The notes beneath the pieces were generated by a model. It saw only the letters and a list, made by a program, of their open reading frames with translations, made no database searches and had not been told where the DNA came from. This document shows positions 32,047-64,000 of a stretch of DNA of 64,000 nucleotides, piece by piece (the first letter of the stretch is position 1; the number at the start of each line of letters is the position of its first letter). Both the position numbers and the translations under genes were made by a program. The stretch covers positions 31,496,001-31,560,000 of the forward strand of contig OZ231126.1 in the NCBI GenBank assembly GCA_965153355.1. Reading direction: 5' to 3'. The stretch comes from Flaccisagitta enflata. Its lineage: Eukaryota.

Positions 32047-34100
32047 CCGAAGGTTTAGTTTTGTTTGCCCTCCTCAGCGCTTCCGCGATGACGTGATTGT
32101 CTTGTTCTCCGTATTGCATCGTCAAACGAAGAGCCAAAGTTGACAATTGCCTTTCATTTTCACCTGAGATCGATGGGCGAATATAGACAGCCAATTTTCA
32201 CTATGGCGGATATGTTGGCAACAAAGTTTTTTGCCATTGCCAATTCACAAATTAGGGACAATCTGTTTAAAGGAGCTGAAGTTGTTTTTTTTTCTTTTTT
32301 GAAAACGTGGCAAAAAAAAACCGTTTCAGCGTGAATTTGTTATAGCGGAGTTTCTATATACATTCGAAAGTCATCAATGATCATACATTTCTGCATTCTG
32401 CATTAAGTGTATCAATTTCATTGCATTTTCAATCAGCGCGTTTCGTTCTTCAATTGTCCTTAACTGACGATAACCTGCGATTCAGAAAATACACTGTCTT
32501 CGGATCGGACTGTAAGATGCAAAACCTTTATAGCTCCTAAACCACTTGAAAAAAAAACATGAAACTTTTAATGAATATTAGTAACATGTAACGGTTTTTA
32601 CATGTCAAAGAAAGATCACAGTATAGAAAAGGTGAGGGGAAAACAAAATACTGAAAGAACATCTATTTTTTAAGCAAAATTGCTTTTTTTACCTTTTTTT
32701 TTCGGAAGGGGCTATTTTTTTCTCAGACTATGCAGCAAATAGATAAAACAAAAGTTAACATCTGTCATCAAAAATAAATCCTATAGTTTTTGAAATGCAA
32801 AGCAATTTCAACGGAATAGACAACTCCTTCCCTAAGGAAATAGAAAAGAATTGATCTTTAGTAAAATGGGTTTTCTTTTTCAATATCTTTTTAGTCGCGA
32901 TACGCAAACTCTATGACCTCTGTCTGTCTGTCCGTCTGTCCGTCTGTCCGTCTGTCTGTCTGTAATGCTTTGCTTTTTCGCCGCTCCTGCCCACCCGCAC
33001 GCTACTTCGGCTCGAGTATATGGCCTTGTTTTCCCTCACCTTCTCTATACTATGATAGGAGCTTTGACATGCAAAAAGCGTCACAACTCACAAGTTATCA
33101 ATATTCACTGAAAATTTCATGATTTTTTTTTAGGTTTAGGAGCTATAAAGGTTTGGCATTTTACAGTCCGATCCGAAGACGGAGTAACGCACCATTTTTG
33201 AGTCCTTGGCCATTTTGAGTAAGAACGAATCTTTCGGCTAAAAATTTTGTCCTTGGGTATCCGTTGCCCATCAAAAATTGGCCATTTTTTGGAGGTACCA
33301 GAACTTCCTCCTCTCTCCCGTTATAAATGGGATCAAATCCTGACAACAAAAAAATGATTAGAAGAAAGAAGATAAAAGATATCGGGTCTTCAAGAAAATA
33401 AGCATCCTTCTTAGGTTGACTTTCCATGACCAATTTCTCTTAAGGTCATTCACAATGATAACAAGCAAAACTGAAGAAAAACTAGAATAGGGCATTCTAA
33501 ACCTTGGCCTTGGTTATTCCTATGATTCTAGATTTATGTTTTGTAGAAATAATAGAAAGAAATAGAGACAATCTGTCAGACTAACTGACTCAAAAAGATG
33601 TGCATACAAGACACGATGAAACCTGATTGCGTACCAATGGCGACTTCCAGCGAGCTAGTGTAAATGAGTCTTTCCACTCCGGCTTTTTTGCAAGCATCGA
33701 TGATGTTTTTGGTGCCTAGAACGTTGATCTGTTCCATGGCAGAAACATCGGCAAAAGGACCCACAGAAATCAATGATCCTGAGGGGGAGAAGTGAAGGGG
33801 GGATAAGAAGGGGGGGGGGGCAGGGAGACGGTCGGTATGAGATGGAAATGGGTTTTGGGGATCGAGGGCGCGAAAGAGGGAAAAGCAGGGGGTGGGGTGA
33901 GGGGCCTTTTGTAATGGTGAAAGAACGAGAGAGGGGGAATCATCTCATTGAACACTCAGTACCTGAATAATTTTTACCTGCATGAATGACAGATGTAACT
34001 CCATCCAATGCCTTTTGGACTTCAACCAAATTTCGCAAATCAATTCTGAACCTCTACGAATATGTTTGTGCATTCAAATGTTGGGAGAATGAGGGGGAGG

Positions 34101-34159
<59 letters not shown>

Positions 34160-34238
34160 AAATCTGAATGGTGCTCAATTTCAGCGACAACAACATCAAC
34201 AGCAGCAACAACAGCAACAGCAACAAAAACAAGAGCTG

Positions 34239-34270
<32 letters not shown>

Positions 34271-35820
34271 ACAACAGCAACAACAGCAGCAGCTTATTGT
34301 AATAACATAGCCAGCAACAGCAGCTTAGCAAGCAGCAGCAGCAGCAGCAGCAACCACAACCACAACAACAACTACAACAACAAGCTTTGGAGATAGAATG
34401 ATGATAAGAAGGTTCTAGCGAAATAAAGTGTTTCTGGAATCATTTCGAGCATTTTGTTGTGTGTATATTCGTCTACAAATTTTAAAACTGCATCTAAATG
34501 GTTAAGATTTAAGAATCCATTACATTAGTATTCATTCTTTTTTCGATATCAATGAAAGAAAAGAGCAATGACACAACCACAACAACAACACGATATTGAT
34601 GTTACTTTCCCGAAAACAATGACGTATTTCCTTTCTCACGCACCTCAATTTTCACGTCGGGGTTGATTTCAAGTTTAGGAATAAAAGGTTGAATGTCCAA
34701 AACCCTGATTTCAGCCAAATTGTCAGCTTCGTGTTTCGATAAAAGACTGACGATATGTTGTCCAATGCAACCATTCGCTCCTGGAATTGTTTAAAAATGG
34801 CAGGTCTGAGACTGGCATGACAAGAGGAACAATATCCCTCCCAAACTGGAAAAAAAAATGGAATAGAGCCCTTTGAGCCCTTAATGACTTATCATTACAA
34901 GCACCACTGATCTACGCATCACTGGTCTAATACAATTTGTTTTGCGACGATGATTAGTGTGAAATTACTCGCCTTTGGTTCTACAACTAAGATAGCATAA
35001 TTCAAGGCCGATACCTTAGATAGCATTAAAGAAGGCCGATACCTTACAGTCGCGTGCGGTTGTTAAGACCATAAGACCAAAAGACTAGAAAACCTAAAAG
35101 CTAAAGACTAAAAGAAGACCAAAAAGAGTAAAAGTCTTGAAGCCAAACTTGAAATGACTTAAAATGACGGCCAAAACAGTGAAATAAAAGCTAAGCGTGA
35201 CAACTAAGAGAGTGACCGGACGGACCAAACCGGACAGAGCGGGTCATAGAGTCGCGTGCACGTGAATAAAAAGAAGGATGGTGGTTTTGATGGAAATGAA
35301 CCACATTTTGTAGGAGCACAGCAGCCCCAAAATCTTTAAATCCATTACCTGTGATCAAGATTGTTTCCCTCTTCCTCTGCGGTGCATTTTGCGTCTCCAT
35401 TTCTTCGTGACGCGTCTCATCAGCAAAGTCAAATGACGCAGCATCGGTATTTTCGAGCTTTGTAGTTTGTCGATGATCAACCGGCGTAGAGTCAGACGTA
35501 TCAGTTGGCGTAGCGTCAGACTTGTCTTTGGACGTAGGATAAAGAACATCGCGTGAAGCGGAAGCCGTAGCCGATGTCGATGAGGTGGTCGCAGAAAACC
35601 TGTGAAGTGCAGATGGCGAGCGGTCGACCAACTGGTTCGTTGACACTTGTGTCATCGCCGTCGACATCGTCTTCTTCGTCGTCATAGTCGTCTTAGTCGT
35701 TGACATCGTTGTCATCTTCGCCTTCATCACTTTTCTTTGGATTAAGAGGACCAAGTTTTGACTTCCTTTCCTTGACGCTGTCCACCATGTTGTCGGCATG
35801 ATCATCCTTGCATGGAACAT
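32047..35820 (-). CDS. HSD3B: 3-beta-hydroxysteroid dehydrogenase/isomerase-like extended SDR (HSD3B family), 5' six exons
   Basis: Phase-compatible GT-AG exons 35820(or 35400)-35349, 34780-34644, 34053-33978, 33778-33635, 33339-33193, 32163-32047. Motifs: ILITGANGCIGQHIV (TGxxGxxG), IRVLD, VIHAGS, NVLGTKNIIDAC, LIYTSSLEV, catalytic YPRTK, TLALRLTMQYGE. C-terminal exons not found. Symbol is family-level only. Confidence 0.88.
32492..33184. mobile_element. TA-flanked MITE in the HSD3B-like intron
   Basis: ~55-bp TIRs GTCTTCGGATCGGACTGTAA..CCTTTATAGCTCCTAAACC and its inverse; TA on both sides. Confidence 0.8.
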
Positions 35821-36091
35821 GGAATGGATTACGGGTGCGTTTTTTTTTACCAAAACAAGGCCAACACCTATAAGTCGCTTGCGAGACTTACAGATTGAAT
35901 TGGAATGACTTAGAATGACTTGGGATGACTCAGTATACTCTTGAATGACATCAAATGACTTAACAAAATGAAATTGATTAAAAAAGTTAAAGTGTGACGG
36001 ACAGACCAGCAGGCGGGCGGACAGGCGGGCGGACGAACGGACGAACGGATGGACGGACGGACGACTGAACAAAGCGAGGTGTAGAGTCGCC

Positions 36092-36130
<39 letters not shown>

Positions 36131-36972
36131 CACCCCCCCACACACACACAGTTTCCGTAAAAACAAGACAAGTTAAAAAATGTTACTTCTAAGGAAAGTT
36201 TGTGAATAATTGCGATTGATTGCAAAGTAAAGTGACGCAGGCAGTTGGATGACGACTCCGCGCTTTCATTCCCCTTCCAGGCTTCCAGCTCTTGGCCTCA
36301 ATATCTCGCGCACCGAGGCTGTTTAGAACCCCTACGGCCTAGAACCCCTACGGCCTCACGCTCTCATGCCCATGGATGTAGGGGACGCCACGTCCACCTC
36401 ATCCATGGAAATTTACTGTGTTTGTCAAAAATATGACAAAAAACATGCCTTTAGATGCAAAAAGTAGAAAATCTCGATTTCTTTTCAGTTTTTACTTTTT
36501 ATGTAAGTTGTTCTTGATCCTCACGTGGTCTTGAAATGTCAGGTGGACGTGACAAACATTGGAGCTCCCTTACATCCATGCTCGTACTCACGCGCTCTCG
36601 AATGAAAGCTCTTGAAATTCGTCTCTGACGCGTGCCCTCCAGCTCGCCTCATCCGGCGCGGCACTCGATCTCGCGCGCTCTCGCATATTCACGGCTTCAA
36701 GCTCGCGTTTTCAACGAGTGATTCGTTACTTTGGCAATTTGGATTTTCCATATGGAAAAGTAGCCAAATCATTATATTACTCGTCAAAAGAAAAAAAACG
36801 AGACAAAATGAATTACGAAGTGAAATCTCGAAAACCTTTTCCTTTGTCAGTCCCTGATAAATTCCACGTCAATTCAACATCTTTTTAATCTAAGCTGAGC
36901 GTATCGCCAACAAAGAAGACGAAATATCATAGTTTTGAATAAACAATTCGAAGGAGAGAAACAAGAAAGAAA
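35821..36972. promoter_or_regulatory. Putative shared bidirectional promoter region
   Basis: Lies between divergent start codons; local CpG-rich patch 36590-36710 with TCTCGCG motifs. Confidence 0.45.
36371..36580. mobile_element. Small MITE, possibly hAT-like
   Basis: TIR CATGGATGTAGGGG / CCCTTACATCCATG plus inner CACGTCCACCT / AGGTGGACGTG; degenerate 8-bp flanks CTCATGCC / CTCGTACT. Confidence 0.65.
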
Positions 36973-51087
<14,115 letters not shown>

Positions 51088-51142
51088 CCTGGATTGGATA
51101 CCATTTCATAATTCAAGGAGATAATCTTTAAAAATCGCTTAT

Positions 51143-51811
51143 GAACTTTTGGATGACGATATCATCTTTAATTTATTTCTACTCAGCCTCATGCGTGATG
51201 AATGTGATGCCTTGAATGAGCCGTACCCAAATGACATAGCAAATGATCCAATCCGTTAAGAGATAATCGTGGATCATTATCTTCAGAGATCCACGAGAGA
51301 ATAAGATCTTTTCAAAAATGTCAGAGTTGTAACAGATGAGGCATCCAAGGAGAGTGAGGAGTTGCGCCAGTGTTTGTTCTAGGAATGCTACTGGGAGGAG
51401 GGAGATGGTGAAGATGAGCTTGTTGTTGGAGAGGAAGCTGCGTTATCCGGCATAGTCAAGGAAGTGGGTTTGAGCGAAGAGGAATCTGTTGTGATGTGCA
51501 ATTGGTTTGAGCAGATAGGGTTACAAATGTCCAGAAAAATGTACCTGATAAACGGAAGGGATGCTATGTTACATGACTCCGATTCTTCAGCCTGTGAAAC
51601 TGACGAGGAGGACAACCATGACGACAACGGCAATAACAACGATAACGATGATGATGACAATGATAACAACAATGACAATGATGATGACAATGATAACAAC
51701 AATGACAACGATGCAGATGACGGTTATGACGACAAAGGGGAGGAAGATTTCAACGACAGCGATTTAAAATTTCTTGAAAACCCATTCGTAAGTTTGGTGG
51801 ATTGCCCATAA
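51143..51811 (+). pseudogene. Decayed acidic reading frame of unknown origin
   Basis: One frame stays protein-like for ~220 codons with three in-frame stops; contains track ORF 51464-51811. Confidence 0.4.
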
Positions 51812-52747
51812 CTATCTTCCCGTTCGTATTCATGCATGTTAAGATGATGGTCACGATACTTAAAAATTGTAAGAATTGTTGTGAAATTGTGACCCTCATT
51901 GTATATGCAAAAGTTTTTTTCCTGTCACGGTCTCTGATTTCCTCATGCGAAAGTTTGTGCTCTTTATTGATCTAATGGTATGCCCAAAAAAGTTGACATG
52001 GCTAGTACACTGATATTTCAATCAATTTTGATAATCTTCTCTCATTTTCTGGCAAGCAGGATATTGAACACTTGAATGTTTTGAATTTTTAGTCGCGTGA
52101 ACGCGACTCTAGAAGCCGCTATGTCGGTCGGTCGGTCTGTCGGTCGGTCTGTCGGTCGGTCCGTAACTTTTTTGAAATATAGGCTTTATAGTCGTTTTAA
52201 AGGTAATTGAAGGTTATATAAGGTAATTATAGGTAATTTTTGGTAATTGTAGGTAATTTTAGGTAATTATAGGTAAATATAGGTATTTTAGTAATCTGTA
52301 TCATGTAAGTCAGAAAAGTTGTCTTGGATTATAAATTGAGGTAATTGTAGGAAATATAGGAAATAATGGGGAATTATAGGTGATTATAGATAATTTATGG
52401 TAAGTTAATGTAATTGTAGGTAATTATAGGTATCTACAGGTAGTTGTAGGTAAAAGTGGGTAATTATAGGAAGATATAGGTACTTAGTTATCTTCATTAT
52501 CTTTATTACCTTAATTACCTTAATTACCTTAATTACCTTAATTACCTTTATTACCCTTATTACCACGCGACTAAGGTTTGTTGACCTTGTTTAGTTTTTC
52601 TCCGATTTTCATAGACAAATACACATATATAAACTTTTTGCTAAAAATTCGTCGACGTCATGGCTGAGATGGATGGGACCCTGTCATCTTCGCCAAGCAT
52701 CGCGATAAAGCTGGAGGTGACGCATACTGGAATTCATATGCCGCCGC

Positions 52748-53381
52748 TTTTTGGGCAGCGGCCCCGAAGGGGCCGATGACCTATGCTCTCACACATATGG
52801 GAAACTTTCTCCTTCTCCTCCTCCTCCTCCTCCTCCTCCTCCTTCTCCTTCTCTCCGCCCCCCCCCTGACTTCGAAGCCTAAATTTCAACCTCCCGCTCA
52901 AATTTCAGCCTTAGGCTTCATATCCAAGCCCCAAGGCTTCCATCCCAGTGTCATGGCTCAAATCCCAGCATCAAGATTCCAATCCCAGCCTCAAGGCTCT
53001 ATCCCAGACTGGAGGCTCCTGTCCCAGACTCAAGGCTCCAATCCCAGCCCTGAGACTTCAATCCCAGCCTCAAGGGTCCAATCCCAGCCTCTAAGGTCCA
53101 ATCCCAGCCTTGAGGCTCCAATACCAGCTTTGGGGCTCCAATCCCAGCCTCAAGGCTCCGACCCCAGCTCTAGGGCTCCAACCCCATCATCATTGCTCCA
53201 ATTCCAACCTCATGGCTCCAATCCCTTCCTTGGGGCTAAAATCCCGCCTCAATACCCCAATTCTAGCCAAGCATAGGTCATCGGCTCCTTTGGGGCCGCT
53301 GCCCCTCTCATTTTCACATCTAACATTCACTAACTTAGGGGCAACGGGTACCGCTGACCATCTGACGCTTTTGCGACTATT
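52748..53381 (+). mobile_element. HINE-like family B element
   Basis: Complete termini and diverged 20-bp core. Confidence 0.72.
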
Positions 53382-55777
53382 TTCTATTTGATTTTACCGT
53401 CTCTTATGCTTAATTATAAGGAAACTACATGCTTTAACATTAAAAACTGATGAAAAATCGAGAAAGGGAGTTGTTGTCCCTTGGTTCCCTTCATTAGAAA
53501 TTGTTTTTGCCTTTCCGCTTAAGCTTTAGAAAAAAAAATTCAAAAAATCCATTTTTTTCAAAATCATTGAGAGGTGCTGGGTAACACCCCTTTTTAGGCA
53601 TTGGCAGCGGCGCTTTTCTTTACACATGCTTGGGGTATGTTTCTGGTGACGACAACAAACGCGTTTGTTCTCATTGAACGCATTTACAGCGTGAACACTT
53701 ATACATGAATTTCAACTGTCCCACGAGGGAGTGAGCGAAGTGATAGAGCCAGCCCATGAACGGAGCGAGCGAGCAAAGTGGTGCGCTGCGGCGCGAGTGA
53801 GCAGAGTGAGCAGTGCGAGCGAATGAACGAAGCGAGCGACCGTTGAAAACGCGATTGTCTCAGACTAGTAGCGTCACCACACGTGGCCTCCCATGTACTA
53901 GTCCACGCTCATTCTGCTTGTTTTTAACCAACAGGGTCATTGCAACGCGGCAGATGGATGTTGCTTATCGGATCGGAAATCGGGTTCAGATAAAGTTCAA
54001 GACGTTGACCCATCTCCGGCTAAGCATATTCGACGTCTTCGCACCACGCCACCGTGCCCCCATGCCACGCCACCGCGCCACCGTGCCACGTGCCACCGTG
54101 CCACGCCACCGTACCACCGTGTTATGGCGCCACTTGGGGCTCAACGCCCCACCATCAGCGATATGTGGTTCCACTCGGGGAGGATCCAGGCTGTCCTTAT
54201 GAGTGAATATCGTGAAGATCAAATCTGTATTACTTCCGGTGTGAACGTTGGCCAAAATTGTGACGGCACTCTCCTGTACAGTACTTCTCAGGCGGAACAC
54301 CCCTCCTCACTTGATCTGCCTGTTCCCCTGCTGGCTTCTCGTTAGCCAAAGCCTGACCCTGCGGCAGTTGCATACGCCCGTCGAATAACTGGCAATCAGA
54401 ACTACCACCCATTCCATGAAGTCTTGGTCCAATTAGGCCGACTTGGGGCGCTCCGAATTAACGATTACCCTCGTGATAGTATCAACATCACCGCTGGAAT
54501 GTTTATAGGTGCAAACTGGGATGGTGTTGTTCTCTTCCGCTGCACTGACGAGGACGAAAACCCAAAGTCAACCACAAACCTTTTTCCTATCACACTTGTC
54601 AAACTTTGTTTTCGTCTTTAACCAAAGATCAACCTTTTATTTGCATTTTACACGTTGAAAGATTTTCATTTCTCCTTTTCAGTCGCTTGGTCCCTCTGTC
54701 GGTATCATTTTTGAATTGCGAGTGCTTTTTGCTTTACTGCGCCACCCCAACTGTCTGCAACTGGATTGCCGTGCATCCGGCCTTTTTTTAGTCGCGTGCT
54801 ACGCGACTCTACAACCTGCTTTGTCGGTCCGTCCGTCGGTCCGTCGGTCCGTCCGTCTGTTGGTCTGTCGGTCCGTCCGTCACACTTTACTTTTTTTGAG
54901 TTTTTGGGGTTTTTGGCATCACTGCTCCAGCCCAAATGATCTGGTAACCTCAATTACGGCCCCTGCCCACCCGCACGCGACTGAGGTAGCCGTGTATCCG
55001 GCCTTGTTGATATATATAGTCCACGGTACACCATGAGTCTACTATTGTGCTGCTGCTGATGTTTTGGTTGCTAATTTGTTAATCCACAATATCAAAATAA
55101 ATCCCCAAAACTTTGTATGATCTATTTCATAATCCAAGATGATTTTGGAAGTGCACAGTACAAATACAATACGTAGAGTACAAATACAGGAGAGCGTCTA
55201 AATGGATGTACATGGCATTGTCAACCAAAGACAACCATATATTCTTTTAAACCGAGTTTGTTGTATTTCAAGTATCACATCAGCAAAAAAGAGTCGCCGG
55301 GTCTGAAAAAGGATGTAAACAAAAGTAGCTAAAAGTAGTACCCAGTTGCGCATATTGAATCTTATCGCACATCGATTCCAAAGATACTATTGGCTCAGGT
55401 AAAGTTCAAATATTTGCGCGAACTTTCATTGAAACAATTCTTAAGCTCCTGTTTCAAAATAGAAAATCTAAACTGAAAAACAGTAAAATCGGGACCGCAA
55501 AATTAAGCTGATTTACTGACGGCTCACGGTTGCTGATGCCATATGACGCACTGAAATTTAAGTAAGAGGAATTTACCCAGAGAACTAAGTTACCATTCAT
55601 GTTATTATTTTTGCTTAGGTCAATGCTTGTGTTTATTTCTTTGTACTTTAAATTGTAAACTTACATGAGGAAACTCATCTATCACCGGCAAAGAACAAAA
55701 ATGCAAAAAGATTGAAAAATATTCAATTCTGATGAGACTAAAAAGTGAATAAAATAGTGACAATCATTTCAGTAACT

Positions 55778-55926
55778 GCTCACTGAAAATTTTAAATTTG
55801 CATAAAAAATCCAAATATCATTAAAATAAGAACATAGCGCCCTCAGTTGATCTTTTAGGAATCGCGCTATGTTTTTGTTTTCTTGATATTTTGATTTTCT
55901 ATGCAAATTCAAAATTTTCAATGAGC
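55778..55926. repeat. Imperfect inverted repeat (~63-bp arms)
   Basis: GCTCACTGAAAATTTTAAATTTGCATA..CATAGCGC versus GCGCTATG..TATGCAAATTCAAAATTTTCAATGAGC. Confidence 0.75.
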
Positions 55927-56826
55927 CATGATCCCTTGACAAAATGATTTTATTGTTAAATTTGGCATATTTTTTCAGCTGTTAAATAAAGGATTGAAAT
56001 TTAAAACTAGCCTTTGCAAGTCAATTCATGCAAAATATGGTTGTTGGTAGTTTTATTGAAAATATTAAAACAAAAATTTTCATTAAATTTCATTTTATAA
56101 ATTTCACGACTTATCTGGCTCGGGTAGCAAATTCTATGGTAATTTTCAGTGTGTCATATATCATTAATAAACAAATTTGCAAGAGTTCTTTCGAAAAAGT
56201 GATCAGACTGAGTGGAGCAAGTGCAACTGAGTCAGGAAACGGTTACAATTTTCAGCATAGAGGTTGCACCGTTAATCAAATGCTTATGCTTGCAGCGCTT
56301 TACATTTCTCTTTGCAGATGTCATAAATTTGCTTTGCTTCAGCAATCAGCCATTACTGTTTTACTCTCTGTGCTTTCCCAATGACGAAATCCATTTCCAT
56401 TAAATCTAAAATACCCATTGAACAACTACCGATCGAGACAATTATAGTTCATACTATTAAAGTTATATAGATCGAGATGTGAGAACTTCTACGGTTTACA
56501 TCCAAAATATTCTATCACAAAAAACGCGAGGCTGTGAAACTGTTCTATCAAATAACAAATTCTAGTTGCCGTCACGCAACTCAGTAAGAGGCTTTGTTGG
56601 TCCGTGGGTCCGTAAGTCCGTGGATCCGTCCGTGATGATTAAGTTGAAAATGCAAAAACGCTCATTTTTTATGCTGCACTAGTATTTATCTGTGTGTGTG
56701 AGTGTGTTTGGGATGGGGGAGGATGTGGATGGGGGTTGTACGCCCCTGCTCGCCCCTCCACAATGATATTGTGACCCCGCGTCAATTGTTCTATCAATCA
56801 ACGCAAACGTGCTTTAAGTTGATTGT

Positions 56827-56840
56827 TTTATTGTTTTATT
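56827..56840 (-). terminator. Two AATAAA polyadenylation signals just after the DNAAF9 stop
   Basis: TTTATT on the plus strand at 56827-56832 and 56835-56840. Confidence 0.5.
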
Positions 56841-56842
56841 GT

Positions 56843-64000
<7,158 letters not shown>

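Noticed and set aside
54150-54620. Unique, moderately GC-rich segment with a protein-like minus frame
   Set aside because: Interrupted by stops, with no recognisable motif or clear splice sites.

Overview
Repeat-dense, AT-rich eukaryotic DNA with GT-AG introns, most likely from an invertebrate animal. There are no prokaryotic features, and almost all ORFs in the supplied track are simple-repeat artefacts. Left half (1-32 kb) is nearly all mobile or repetitive DNA. Two arrays of a ~64-bp satellite with a 318-bp higher-order unit sit in inverted orientation (1-2907 and 22350-27414) and share a unique terminal sequence, like the arms of a ~27-kb foldback element. Between them lie nested DNA transposons (CAC..GTG with 4-bp TSD, hAT-like with 8-bp TSD, TA-flanked MITEs) and HINE-like elements. 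An LTR-like element with no recognisable gag/pol follows (27420-31968). Right half holds three spliced genes, reconstructed by hand. A 3-beta-hydroxysteroid dehydrogenase-like extended SDR (minus) lies head-to-head with a mitochondrial-clan cytochrome P450 (plus); in this sequence the P450 exon 3 is frameshifted and the I/K-helix exons are absent. The 3' part of DNAAF9/C20orf194 (Shulin) lies on the minus strand. LINE fragments and long microsatellites fill the introns. All identifications come from manual translation and recalled motifs; no database search was run.
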